Part shown: positions 1 to 9,139 of the stretch, piece after piece
Layout of the letters: each line of letters starts with the position of its first letter
Position numbering within the stretch: the first letter of the stretch is position 1
From: a virus
Lineage: Duplodnaviria > Caudoviricetes
IMG/VR virus record: IMGVR_UViG_2513237176_000002
Length of the DNA stretch: 64,000 nt
Strand: one strand, 5' to 3'
Program-made: the position numbers and the translations under genes
The notes under the pieces: generated by a model
The model's database searches: none
What the model was told of the DNA's origin: nothing
What the model saw: only the letters and a program-made list of their open reading frames with translations

Positions 1-1314
1 ATGGCGGTCTTGGAACCACGCGGGAAGTCGGTCCGCGTCAACTGGCGACTCGGTGGCGGCCGAGACGGCGCCCGGCAGTCCTGCACCTTCTCCGGGCCCC
101 CGAAGGCCCGCGACAAGTTCGCCGCAGCCGCCAAACAGCTCGTCGAGTCCCGCCAGCACAACATCACCCGCGACGAGGTCTACCAAGCAGTCCTCGGCAA
201 AGACGTCACCGAAGACGCCGTCGTGCCCACCTTCCGCGCCTGGACCGAAATGTGGCTCACCCAGCGGGCCAAGAACGGCGAAATCCAGCCCGACACCGTC
301 AAGAAATACCGGTGGGAGTTGAAAGCCCGCGCCATGCCCAAACTCGGGCACCTGCGGCTGACCGACATCACCGAAGACACGATCACCGACTGGGTGCACT
401 GGCTGAACAACCGGCGGTCCACGCGCGGAAACCGTAACGGGCACACCGACGAGCCGCTGTCAGCGAACACCATTCGCAAGGCGTACCGGATCGTGCACGC
501 CTGCCTCGGCGCCGCAAACCGCACATGGGTGCCCGTGAATCCGGCGGCGAAACCAGCCGGGGCGAAAGTGACCCATCACGGTCTGCCGAGCCCAGCGAAA
601 TTCGACGGCATGTTCCTCGAACCGTTCGAGATCGAGGCGATCCTCGCCAACTGCGATCCGCGGATCACCGACATGCTGAAAGTGTTCCTCGGCACCGGTC
701 TGCGGCTCGGTGAGCTACTCGTGCTGCAGAAGCAGCACATCACCACGAACCGCAGCCAGACGGTGGTGCAGGTACGGCGCACGTTGAAGGACAGCGGCGA
801 GATCGGGAAACCGAAATCGGACGCCGGGATCCGGGCCGTTCCGGTGGACAAGGACACCGCGGCGATCCTGCACACGCATATCGCCGGGAAGCGGATGGCC
901 GATCTGGTGTTCCCGTCGCCGTCCGGTGGGGTGTGGCCGCCGTCGACGTTCCGCCGCTACTGGTGGCAGGCGGTGGCGGGGGCACAGCGCTGCCCGGAAC
1001 ACCCGCCGCCGCTACCGGCCCGCCGGGGTCCGGGCCGCATCCCGTCGTGGGGCGTCAAGGACGTGTCCGACTGTGCCTGCTCTGGCCGGCTGCAACGTCA
1101 CCCGCGGATCCACGATCTGCGGCACACGCACGGGTCGGCGCTGCTGCAGTCCGGTTGGAATTCGAAGAAGGTTCAGGTGCGGCTGGGGCATTCGCAGCAC
1201 TCCACCACGATGAACATCTACGCGCACCTGTGGGACCTCGGTGAGGTGGAGGAGTTGGAGGCGGCGTCGGCGTTGCTGTTCCCGGCCCGGCCGGCGTTGA
1301 CGCTGGTTGCCTAG
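1..1314 (+). CDS. int: Tyrosine recombinase/phage integrase
   Basis: Catalytic motifs TGLRLGE (R), KPKS (K), HDLRH (HxxR), LGH, IYAH (Y). Confidence 0.95.
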   Translation: MAVLEPRGKSVRVNWRLGGGRDGARQSCTFSGPPKARDKFAAAAKQLVESRQHNITRDEVYQAVLGKDVTEDAVVPTFRAWTEMWLTQRAKNGEIQPDTVKKYRWELKARAMPKLGHLRLTDITEDTITDWVHWLNNRRSTRGNRNGHTDEPLSANTIRKAYRIVHACLGAANRTWVPVNPAAKPAGAKVTHHGLPSPAKFDGMFLEPFEIEAILANCDPRITDMLKVFLGTGLRLGELLVLQKQHITTNRSQTVVQVRRTLKDSGEIGKPKSDAGIRAVPVDKDTAAILHTHIAGKRMADLVFPSPSGGVWPPSTFRRYWWQAVAGAQRCPEHPPPLPARRGPGRIPSWGVKDVSDCACSGRLQRHPRIHDLRHTHGSALLQSGWNSKKVQVRLGHSQHSTTMNIYAHLWDLGEVEELEAASALLFPARPALTLVA

Positions 1315-1715
1315 CTGGGCAGCCGTAACCGCCACCGGTCGGCGGGGTAGACGGTCACGTCGTCGCCGTCGGTGACGGCGAAGACCGGCGTGCCGGGCGG
1401 GATGGCGAACTCTTCTACTTCCTCGGGAGTCGGCATCCGGGCGGCCACCGTCGCGCCGGCCGCCGGGGTCACGTATTCCACCTCAGCTGGTTCCCGTACG
1501 ACCACTCCGCGCCCCCGTCTCAGTTCGGCGAGGCCTTCCGCACGTAGCAGGTTCACGGCGGCGCGTGCGGTCAGCCTGGAGACACCGTACTGCTGGTGCA
1601 GCCTGGTTTCAGAGGGCAGAAGTTCGCCGGGCTGGATGCGTCCCCTGCGGATGTCTTCGCGCAGGTCGGCGGCGATGTCCCGGTGGGTTGGCTCACCGCC
1701 CTGCGCTTTGATCAT
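1311..1715 (-). CDS. GntR-family wHTH regulator with short UTRA-like tail
   Basis: IAADLREDIRRG..PGELLPSE..L...YGVSR.TAR.A...L..EGL...RGRG; TAAAGT-N6-ATG leaderless start. Confidence 0.9.
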   Translation of the reverse strand: MIKAQGGEPTHRDIAADLREDIRRGRIQPGELLPSETRLHQQYGVSRLTARAAVNLLRAEGLAELRRGRGVVVREPAEVEYVTPAAGATVAARMPTPEEVEEFAIPPGTPVFAVTDGDDVTVYPADRWRLRLPS

Positions 1716-1746
1716 CCGGTGACTTTATGAGGCCGTCCGGAGTGGA

Positions 1747-1777
1747 CTATCGGGATAGCGGGCTACCGGGCTATCCC
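1747..1777. promoter_or_regulatory. Inverted-repeat operator candidate upstream of GntR gene
   Basis: GGGATAGC (1752-1759) / GCTATCCC (1770-1777), plus CTATC-GG-GATAG (1747-1758). Confidence 0.5.
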
Positions 1778-1796
1778 ACCCTGCCGATGAGACGTT

Positions 1797-2378
1797 TCAG
1801 TTGTGCCGGCGGTACCGGTCGATCTCATTCGGGCCGACGCCGGGCAGCTGGTCCAGGTCGGCCAGACCCGCGCTGCTGCGGCCGAACTGGTAGCCGTCCC
1901 TGAAGATCTGCTCGTATTCCGGCACCGCAGCGACCGTCTTCTCCATCGCGGCGAGCCGCTGATTCATCGCCTCCTGAGCTTCCACCAGGTCGGCGATCAG
2001 TTGCGCGTTCATCCCGCCGAGCTCGGCGTTCTGCGTCGCCCTCGACATCGCCAGCCGCATGTGAGTGCGGACCGGGCGGAGCATCTTCTCGATGCCGCCG
2101 AGCACGATCAGGCAGCCGGCGTAGACGGTGATGCTCAGGATCGCGAGGGTGGCGAGCATCTGCGCGGCGCCGCTGTCCCAGGTGTATTCCTCGGCGAGGA
2201 CGGCGCCGCCGAGGGTGACGATGACGGTGCCGACGAGGATGACGGTGCCGCGGCGGCGCTGGGTTGCCCCGTAGGCGCGGGCCTGGTCTTCGGTGTCGGC
2301 TTTGGGTAGGCCTTTTTCGGCGGGGTGGGGGACGCCGAGGTCTCTGAGGTCGCGTGTGGTTCCTTCGAGGTCATGCAT
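1797..2378 (-). CDS. Membrane protein (2 TM) with coiled coil
   Basis: Two hydrophobic segments then a heptad-like region; GGGAGG RBS before ATG 2378. Confidence 0.7.
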   Translation of the reverse strand: MHDLEGTTRDLRDLGVPHPAEKGLPKADTEDQARAYGATQRRRGTVILVGTVIVTLGGAVLAEEYTWDSGAAQMLATLAILSITVYAGCLIVLGGIEKMLRPVRTHMRLAMSRATQNAELGGMNAQLIADLVEAQEAMNQRLAAMEKTVAAVPEYEQIFRDGYQFGRSSAGLADLDQLPGVGPNEIDRYRRHN

Positions 2379-2703
2379 GGTGCGTGGGCCTCCCCAGTGC
2401 CTCTGGATGTGAAAGTGCCTCCGTATTGGCAACCGTGATCGTCCGCCTTGGTTACGGCCTTGTCTCACCTTGATCGATGATCGTGGCGTTTCGTGCCGCA
2501 ACGTCCGACTGGGTAGATCGTCTCGGGCGGCTGATAGTACGTCTGTACTTATCCTACGTTCGGTTGGTGATCAGCCGTATTCGGACGGTAGGCGTTCCTG
2601 GTCATGCTCGCAACCGTGCATTGTGGAGCGTTAGCCCTGCTCAGCCGGTACGTGAGTTATTCACCCGTCTCGTTCGGATTCGGTCACTGCGCCGCCCTCG
2701 GCA

Positions 2704-2741
2704 GTTCTGTGGCACGCATTGGGGGAACGGTGCCACAGAAC
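2704..2741. terminator. 12-bp perfect stem-loop at the end of the leftward early operon
   Basis: GTTCTGTGGCAC (2704-2715) / GTGCCACAGAAC (2730-2741); no clear U-tract. Confidence 0.45.
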
Positions 2742-2923
2742 GACCCACACAACCCGGTACTCACTTAGCCGGCGGCTCGGAACCTGGCTTCCCGTCGTAG
2801 TTCAGCACCTCGTGCGTCGGTGTGAACCCAGGACGCTGCACCTCCACCGGCGCCGGCCTTCGCGACAAGGTGGCGTCGCCCGGCGCCGCAGAACCGAGGT
2901 GTTGAAGGATGTCGCCCGGCGCG

Positions 2924-3145
2924 TCAGATAATGCGCCGCTTGAGGAGCAGGGCGGACATGGGCATCGCTGACCGGCTGAGCCCGTGGATATCAACAGGGC
3001 CAACCGCTTCCCAGCCCTGGGAGCCAAGAGTGTTCAAGCCGGCTACCCAGGCGTCGAAACTTGCCGGATAGCCGGGGTAGCTGGCAGCGTTGTGGGCATC
3101 GGCGACGTGTACCCCGTAGGTCCGGTATTCCCACTGGTCAGGCAT
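2924..3145 (-). CDS. DUF4177-like small protein
   Basis: QWEY...LNTLGSQGWEAV...LLKR pattern. Confidence 0.65.
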   Translation of the reverse strand: MPDQWEYRTYGVHVADAHNAASYPGYPASFDAWVAGLNTLGSQGWEAVGPVDIHGLSRSAMPMSALLLKRRII

Positions 3146-3631
3146 GCGGGTTCCCTTGTGCTAGGTGTCCGATGGCGGAGTCTGATTCTGCCCATCGTCC
3201 GCAACTGCGTAAACCCTCGTTGCGGGCCTGTAAAAGATTGGCGTTATGCAGCTCGGCGATGTACCGAGCGGTCGCCTCTGCAAGGAACGATGCGACGGCC
3301 GGCACACCCGATGAGGGTGGCAGGTCGGCGGGCATGACTACCCACCCACCGATCGTGTCGTCGGCGTGGACGTACCAGCGGGCGGCGAGCTGGGCGTCGA
3401 CGAGGTCGTTTCCGCGGAGGTGACGCCAGTAGCGTGCGGCGGTCATGACGGCCACTGCGGTGGCGGGTTCGGGATGGCCCAGTCCTCGAGGTGGGCGTCG
3501 AGCTCGAGCATGGCGGTGAGCTGGTCACGCATGCTGGACTCGGCGAGCACGGTTTCCTGCCAGGCACCGCAGTACATGCAATACCAGCGGGCGTTCAACG
3601 GCGGGCCGGCCTGCGGGTGGGTGCAGGTCAC
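3138..3631 (-). CDS. Two small coupled hypothetical phage genes (3138-3446, 3443-3631)
   Basis: Overlapping start/stop codons; CxxC in the second. Confidence 0.6.
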
Positions 3632-4326
3632 CGCTGCACCTCGTAGAAGGCGGCGCGGACCCGGCGCAGCCACGCTTCCACGACAGCCCTGTTCGGCTCG
3701 TCCGGCAGCACACTCGGCTTCTCGTCGAATGCCGCCTCGTAGCCAGCCATCACCCGCCGGGCGTGGTCGATGTCGCCGTCGGCCACTCGTTCACCGAAGT
3801 CCAGGTACCGCTGCGGATCGTCGAGACGGATCCGAAGCTGACCGGTGCTGAACAGCTCGAGCCCTTGGCTACAGAGTCTCAGCAGGTGCCTGGCGTGCTT
3901 CGCGGTGCGCTTGCGGGTGTCGGCGCTGAACGAGCCGTCGCCGCGGGCTTCAAGCCGCTTGAACTGCTGCGTGGCGTAGCCGAGGTAGGCGTCGCGGGTT
4001 CGCTTGGCGGACAGGAAGGCCTGCCGGATGCCGATCAGTTCGTCACCGAGCGGATGCCGGGTCTCGTACAGGTTGTCGGGCAGCCACATCAGCTCGGAGA
4101 CGGTGGGGTTCCCGCTGAGGGCGAGGCTGGCGTATTTCCGGGCTTCGTGGAGGGTGATGTCTGGCTTGCTCGACACCACTGACTCTTGCGGGAAGTCGAG
4201 GCCGTGAAAGTCGGCGGTGGGTGCGGCGAACACACCGAGGCGGTCGATGTCGGAGTCGGGGCCGGCGAGACCGTAGGCGGTGGAGCCGACGATGCCGGAC
4301 AGGAGGATTTTGCTGGGCTCGGTCAC
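3628..4326 (-). CDS. Pol-beta-superfamily nucleotidyltransferase (YcgL/RlaP-like)
   Basis: GSTAYGLAGPDSDIDRLGVF (GS + DxD), GNPTVSELMW, KHARHLLRL. Confidence 0.88.
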   Translation of the reverse strand: MTEPSKILLSGIVGSTAYGLAGPDSDIDRLGVFAAPTADFHGLDFPQESVVSSKPDITLHEARKYASLALSGNPTVSELMWLPDNLYETRHPLGDELIGIRQAFLSAKRTRDAYLGYATQQFKRLEARGDGSFSADTRKRTAKHARHLLRLCSQGLELFSTGQLRIRLDDPQRYLDFGERVADGDIDHARRVMAGYEAAFDEKPSVLPDEPNRAVVEAWLRRVRAAFYEVQR

Positions 4327-6355
4327 GACGCCTCCTTACTGATGTGGGCGGTCGCGGTCGCGATAACAGCGGCGACGCTGATGCTGTCGGTGTGGTGTTC
4401 GGTGCCGCAGGAGGCGCACAGCACGGTCAGGGCGGTGGGCTGCTTGAGCCGGTTGTGGGTGCCGGTGATGTACATCTGCGCCAGGTGCTCGTCTCGGGTC
4501 ACGGCTGGCCCTCCGCGGTCGGCGGGTTCTGCTCGACGTGCGGCGCGAAGTAGGCGGCGCGGACCTGCGGGTCGATGGGGCCGACCTCGAAGATGATGCA
4601 ATGCTCCAGTGCGTCGTAGGCGTCGGAGAGGTGTTCGTGTTCGTGTCCGATGCCGACGGGCATGGACTGAGCCCACTTCACCAACGCGATCAGGGCGTTG
4701 CGTTCGACCTCGGTCACGGGCGGATCTCGCTTTCCAGGATTTGCGGCGGTGTCGCCCCACCCCACTGGTCGATCTCGTAGCCGTCGGCGGCCAGGCGGGC
4801 GGTGACGTCCACGCGAGGCTCGATCACGGCGTCTCCTCGGTGAGTGGGCCGCGATACATGCTCAGCCACCACCACGTCTTCGACGGCTCGGAGAAGGCAA
4901 GGTGAGCGGACCGCCAGCCGTTGCGGTTCTTCTCGGAACGATCGCTGGCGCTGACCCACCAGGTGTCGCCGTAGGCATCGACGATGCGCGGTAGGTCTTC
5001 GGGTTCGTTGTCGCCCATGTGCCAGGTGCGGGCGTTCACGGCGTCGCGTCCTTGGCGCTCGGCTCGGCGTCTTCGAACGGCAGGTAGCAGCCGGCCTCGT
5101 CGCCCTCCTGCGCTAAACACTGTTCGTGCGGACCGACGTCGGCGACGTGCTGGTGGGCGTCGTGCCCGCACTCCCGGTCGAGGCAGATGCCGTCGGTTCC
5201 GGGCTCGTAGCGGTCGCAGGAACATTTGATGTAGCCCTGGGACATGATCTCGCCCTTCCGGTCAGTGGCGCCTGATCCGGCCGGGCGTGTAGTCGGCGCG
5301 GGTGCGGGCGTGTGGGGTGCGGGGGTGGTCATGACGTCCCCTCGGTGGGCATGGAACCGGCATCCGGTCTGTCCTGGTCGCGGACGCCTGGACCGCTGTC
5401 TAGGTTCGGGCCATAACCGCGCTGGTCGTTGGTAAGCGGGTAGATCGTGACCGGCTTGTCGTAGGAGACCAGAGCCCACGCAATGTGGTTGCCGATGCAG
5501 GTTCGGCACAGCCGGGATGCCCGCGCCGGGTTGTCGCGGAGTTCGCCGTCGGCGTCGCGCTCGCGGCACGCATCGCAGTCGTTGCGCGAGTGTGGGTAGG
5601 CGAACCGGGCGGGCCCGGCCTGATCGCCGGTCATGCGATCACTTCGCCGTTCACCGTGACAATGTCTGCGGTGTCCACCCACTTACCGCAGCCGCACGGG
5701 CACTGAGGCTGCCCCTCGGCGGTCACGTTGACCTGCTCGCCGCCCCTACTGATGTCGTACACGGTGTAGACGGTGGGATCATCGGCGAGGGTGACGCGGT
5801 CGTTGGTGCGGATTTTCGCGGTCATCGGCTTTCCTCGTAGAAGTCAGCGGGGTGCTCGGTGGCTGGGATCTGGGTGATGGGCTGGGGCATGGCGGGGTCC
5901 CTTCAGACTCGGTCGCGGATGAACGCCAGATAGTTGCCGCCCACGGGCGGGCGGGGCTCCCGGCGGCGGTAAGCGATCTCGCAGGCGATGACGTAGACGA
6001 GGCCGTCGTCGACGAGCGTGTCGATGAACGCGAGGGCGGCGTCACGGTGGTCCGGGTCGGTGAGGCCGGCCATCACGGTTCGAATGTCATTCGACGACAG
6101 GCTGACCGATGGGGGCGGCGTCCAGGTGGTGGTCATGGCGGTCCTTTCGGGTTAGGCGGTGCCGTTGCCGCAGTCCGGGCAGCGGTCGATGACGAGGTCG
6201 CCGGTGCGGATGGTCTGCCAACCGCGTTCGGCGAGGCTGTCGCGTAGGTCGCTGGCGGTCTGAGTGGCGCTGGATTCCATGGACCGGCAAGGGCGGTCGC
6301 GGTAGACGTCGGGCCCGTTGCACCAGATCTCGGTGACGCCCGTGATGGCGGTCAT
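4323..6355 (-). other. Run of about 10 small leftward hypothetical genes, several Zn-ribbon-like
   Basis: Chained 4-nt overlaps; CxxC/CxC motifs (e.g. 5631-5825, 6152-6355). Confidence 0.6.
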
Positions 6356-6948
6356 GCGCCGGTTCCGGTCAGGCTGCGTCCGCCGTGCTGGAAGCTGCGG
6401 CTCCGGTTGTAGGCGATCTTGCGCTCGTACTCGAACGTCATGTCGACGCCGAACTTGCCGGCGACGGTCACCAGGGCACGCAGCATGTTGCAGGCCAGAT
6501 CATCCCTGGTCTTCCAGGTGACGTTGATGGCCGCGGCTTTCTCGTGGAGCCACGCCATGTGGTCACCGAACGACACCGCTGTGGTGGGGATGGGGGACAC
6601 GTCGGCGAGTTCGGCGTCCATGTCGAACGGCGTGATCCCGAAGATGTCGCACATGTCGAGGAGCCGGATCAGGATGTCGGCGAACTCAGAGCCGACGCCC
6701 TCAGGCTTGTCCGGCTTCGCGGTGTTGCGGCCGGTGGCGTCGTCGAGTTTCCAGTCGCGGTACGCCTCCAGTGCTTCGGAGATCTCCGTGTGGAGCAGGG
6801 CAACGTAGTCACCCCACGTGTTGTCGCCGGGGCCGCCGGCCGCGGACCGCCAGCCTTTCTCGATGTTGTTGGTGCGGATCTCGGCGGTCATGTCGGCGAG
6901 GGTTTTGTTGTAGTCGAGGCGGTGGGTGTGCGGGTTGAGGTAGCTCAT
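6352..6948 (-). CDS. MazG-like nucleotide pyrophosphohydrolase
   Basis: LLHTEISEALEAYR...SEFADILIRLLD...KIAYNRSR..HGG. Confidence 0.85.
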   Translation of the reverse strand: MSYLNPHTHRLDYNKTLADMTAEIRTNNIEKGWRSAAGGPGDNTWGDYVALLHTEISEALEAYRDWKLDDATGRNTAKPDKPEGVGSEFADILIRLLDMCDIFGITPFDMDAELADVSPIPTTAVSFGDHMAWLHEKAAAINVTWKTRDDLACNMLRALVTVAGKFGVDMTFEYERKIAYNRSRSFQHGGRSLTGTGA

Positions 6949-7003
6949 GGCGGGTCCTTTCGGTTAGGAGGCTTGGCCTAGCTGCCGGAACGGTTCGAAC
7001 TGG

Positions 7004-7394
7004 TCAGCGCGGGAAGGTCCACCAGCCGTCGTATCCGTCCGGCACTGCGGGGTAGTTGTCTAGCGCCCGGAGGAGAGTTTGCGTGACGCAGCGAGGCCAC
7101 CTCGACCGGCGTTTCCGGCGCCCAGAGCGTCGAGCCGTCCCAGCGAGCTTCCGCACGGCCCCCGTAGCGACCGTCATCGTGGCGCTCCAGGAATTCGATG
7201 GCCGACCGGGCGGGCGGGTTCTGGTGGTCCCACAGGTGGCCATAAACCGCGACGGTCTCGCCACGGCGGCGACGGAACCAGATGGCACTGACCGTGGAGG
7301 TGGTGTAACCCTCGCCGATCTCCCGGACATGCAAGCTGCCGAGGTCCACCGCGTAGGGCCTGCGGGACAGCAGGAACCGGTCTTCTCGGATCAC
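7004..7394 (-). pseudogene. Hypothetical gene with apparent frameshift near 7087
   Basis: High-GC3 codons switch frame after ...PVEVASLR and continue as TQTLLRALDNYPAVPDGYDGWWTFPR* (stop at 7004). Confidence 0.5.
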
Positions 7395-7663
7395 TGGAAG
7401 CTGCCCCACTGCGACACGATGGTCACGTCGTCGGCGGGGTGGCCGGCGGGGCAGGTGGGCGTGAACCGGTCGATGGCTTCGCGCAGCTTCTCGCCGACGG
7501 ACTGCCACACCTCGGTGCGGGTCTTGACGGTGCCGTCCTGGTTCTTGTTGAACGGGTTCACGGTTTGGGTCTCGGCGATGGTGCGCTGGAAGCGCTTGCC
7601 GCAGGCGCACTTCAGTTTGAACGTCTGCGACCGCTTCAGCTCCTCGAACGTGTACGTGGGCAT
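7391..7663 (-). CDS. Small Zn-binding hypothetical protein, first gene of a leftward operon
   Basis: CACG...CPAGH; GAAAGGA RBS. Confidence 0.65.
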   Translation of the reverse strand: MPTYTFEELKRSQTFKLKCACGKRFQRTIAETQTVNPFNKNQDGTVKTRTEVWQSVGEKLREAIDRFTPTCPAGHPADDVTIVSQWGSFQ

Positions 7664-7682
7664 CTCGACGTCCTTTCGTCAT

Positions 7683-7756
7683 TAAGTGGAGTCCACTTAT
7701 TCTAGCTGTTGAGGCCAAGGTCATGCCTGCTCAGAGAGGGTGAAAATGGAGTCCAC
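7683..7756. promoter_or_regulatory. Divergent promoter with two TGGAGTCCA operators
   Basis: 17-bp palindrome TAAGTGGA-G-TCCACTTA (7683-7699); second core TGGAGTCCAC (7747-7756). Confidence 0.75.
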
Positions 7757-7772
7757 ATGCCATGCTGATCAG

Positions 7773-7988
7773 GTGCCAGACCGCCATCGCGATCCCACCG
7801 TCAGTGTCCGGCCCAGCCAGGGCGACAAGGATGCGGCGGTCGAAGCGCTCGGCGCTCGCGGCTGGACACTCGGCGATGCGCTGCACGCGGCACTGCTGTG
7901 GCTACTCGACGACCCGCGCCGACTCGCCGAGCTCGAACGGTTCCGGCCCCCACCTAAAGCGAAGGGCCGACCGCCGTCCAAACGCTAG
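7773..7988 (+). CDS. Small ribbon-helix-helix-like DNA-binding protein with AT-hook-like tail
   Basis: TVSVRP strand plus two helices, KGRPP tail; CATGCT-N6-GTG leaderless start. Confidence 0.6.
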   Translation: MPDRHRDPTVSVRPSQGDKDAAVEALGARGWTLGDALHAALLWLLDDPRRLAELERFRPPPKAKGRPPSKR

Positions 7989-8266
7989 TTCAGCCGGATA
8001 TCAGTGCCCGGCAGGATGGGGCGGGGTCGCCAGCTCCTCAGCAATGTATGCAGACGCAGCCTCGTAGCTGTGAAAAAACCGACGCGTGAAGGCTTCATCT
8101 CCTGGGTCTTCGGCATCCGCTAAGGCCACGACGAGTGGCTCACCGCGATCTCCGTCGGGCCGCTGCCTCCAGCCAGTAACGGCAAAGACGCCCGGAAATA
8201 CGCGGCAGTCCTTGCCGTTCGCGCCCAAATAGATGACAAACAGCGGGTAGTGCTGCGGAACAGTGG

Positions 8267-8899
8267 TCACGTTGTTCCTTTCGTTACGGCAAGGCGGTTG
8301 GTAATGATCAAACACCACGAGCACGCGCAGTCCTCGTAGGCGCAGACCTGGTTACCCCACGAGCACGTCCACTGGTGATCGGCTGGGCAACGGTGCAGCG
8401 AGTCCACCCCATCTGCAGTCCAGTCCAGCTCAACCGCCGGATGTGAGCCGAACCCGGCGCCGACCATGCCACACCGGTTGCAGGCATCGATGAAGTGCTG
8501 CGGGTCGGTGGGTTGCATCCGCTGCCGGTTGTGGATGACGTTGCACATGGGCCGTTCGGCCAGGATCGCCGCCTTCTCCGTAACCTCAACCTCGGTGCGG
8601 GTGGCGTACGGCTCGATCTCGATACGCCGCACGAGCGGCCACCACGGCTTCTTCCGGGAGTGGTTCGACCAGCGGGCGGCGGCATCGCCCGTGATCCCGA
8701 TGTACAGCAGGATGCCGTGGGCGTCGTAGAACCGGTAGAGCACCTGGGCAAGCGGGTCGGGATTGAGCAGGTCGGGTGCCGAGGTTTCTGGCCCGACGTA
8801 TGCGATGGTCCGCTGCTGGTTGGCTGCTGTAGGGGGCAAGGCGTCTCCAAAGTCAAAGGCGCATCGGGGGTGTGCAGTCGGTGGTGCCGCTGCCTTCAC
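8267..8899 (-). CDS. GIY-YIG nuclease-domain protein with C-terminal Cys cluster (start uncertain)
   Basis: LYRFYD...LLYIGIT....RW..H...W......E..AI..ERP..N. Confidence 0.8.
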   Translation of the reverse strand: MKAAAPPTAHPRCAFDFGDALPPTAANQQRTIAYVGPETSAPDLLNPDPLAQVLYRFYDAHGILLYIGITGDAAARWSNHSRKKPWWPLVRRIEIEPYATRTEVEVTEKAAILAERPMCNVIHNRQRMQPTDPQHFIDACNRCGMVGAGFGSHPAVELDWTADGVDSLHRCPADHQWTCSWGNQVCAYEDCACSWCLIITNRLAVTKGTT

Positions 8900-8932
8900 T
8901 CGCGCTGGGTTTGATCTTGTTGGGGGTCTGCC

Positions 8933-9117
8933 GAAGTTACGCGGACCCCTCTTATAGAGAGGGGTCCGTGCGTAACTTCTCGGCGAGACCCTGGCGCGGA
9001 ACTTGGCGTAACTTGCCGCGTATCTTCCTGACCTGCGAAGTTACGGCTTCCCTAGATCGCGTAACTTCGGCCGTAACTTGAAGATGAAAAAGCGTCGCGT
9101 AACTTAAAACGTAACTT
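8933..9117. repeat. Iteron cluster / putative origin 1 (8 x CGTAACTT) with long inverted repeat
   Basis: Forward copies at 8971, 9007, 9060, 9072, 9098, 9110; reverse at 8934, 9038; hairpin 8933-8979 around a TATAG loop. Confidence 0.8.
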
Positions 9118-9139
9118 CCAAACCGCACCGAAACGGACA

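Noticed and set aside
1-1800. attL/attR core
   Set aside because: int begins at base 1 and the other prophage end is outside the window, so no direct repeat pair can be verified
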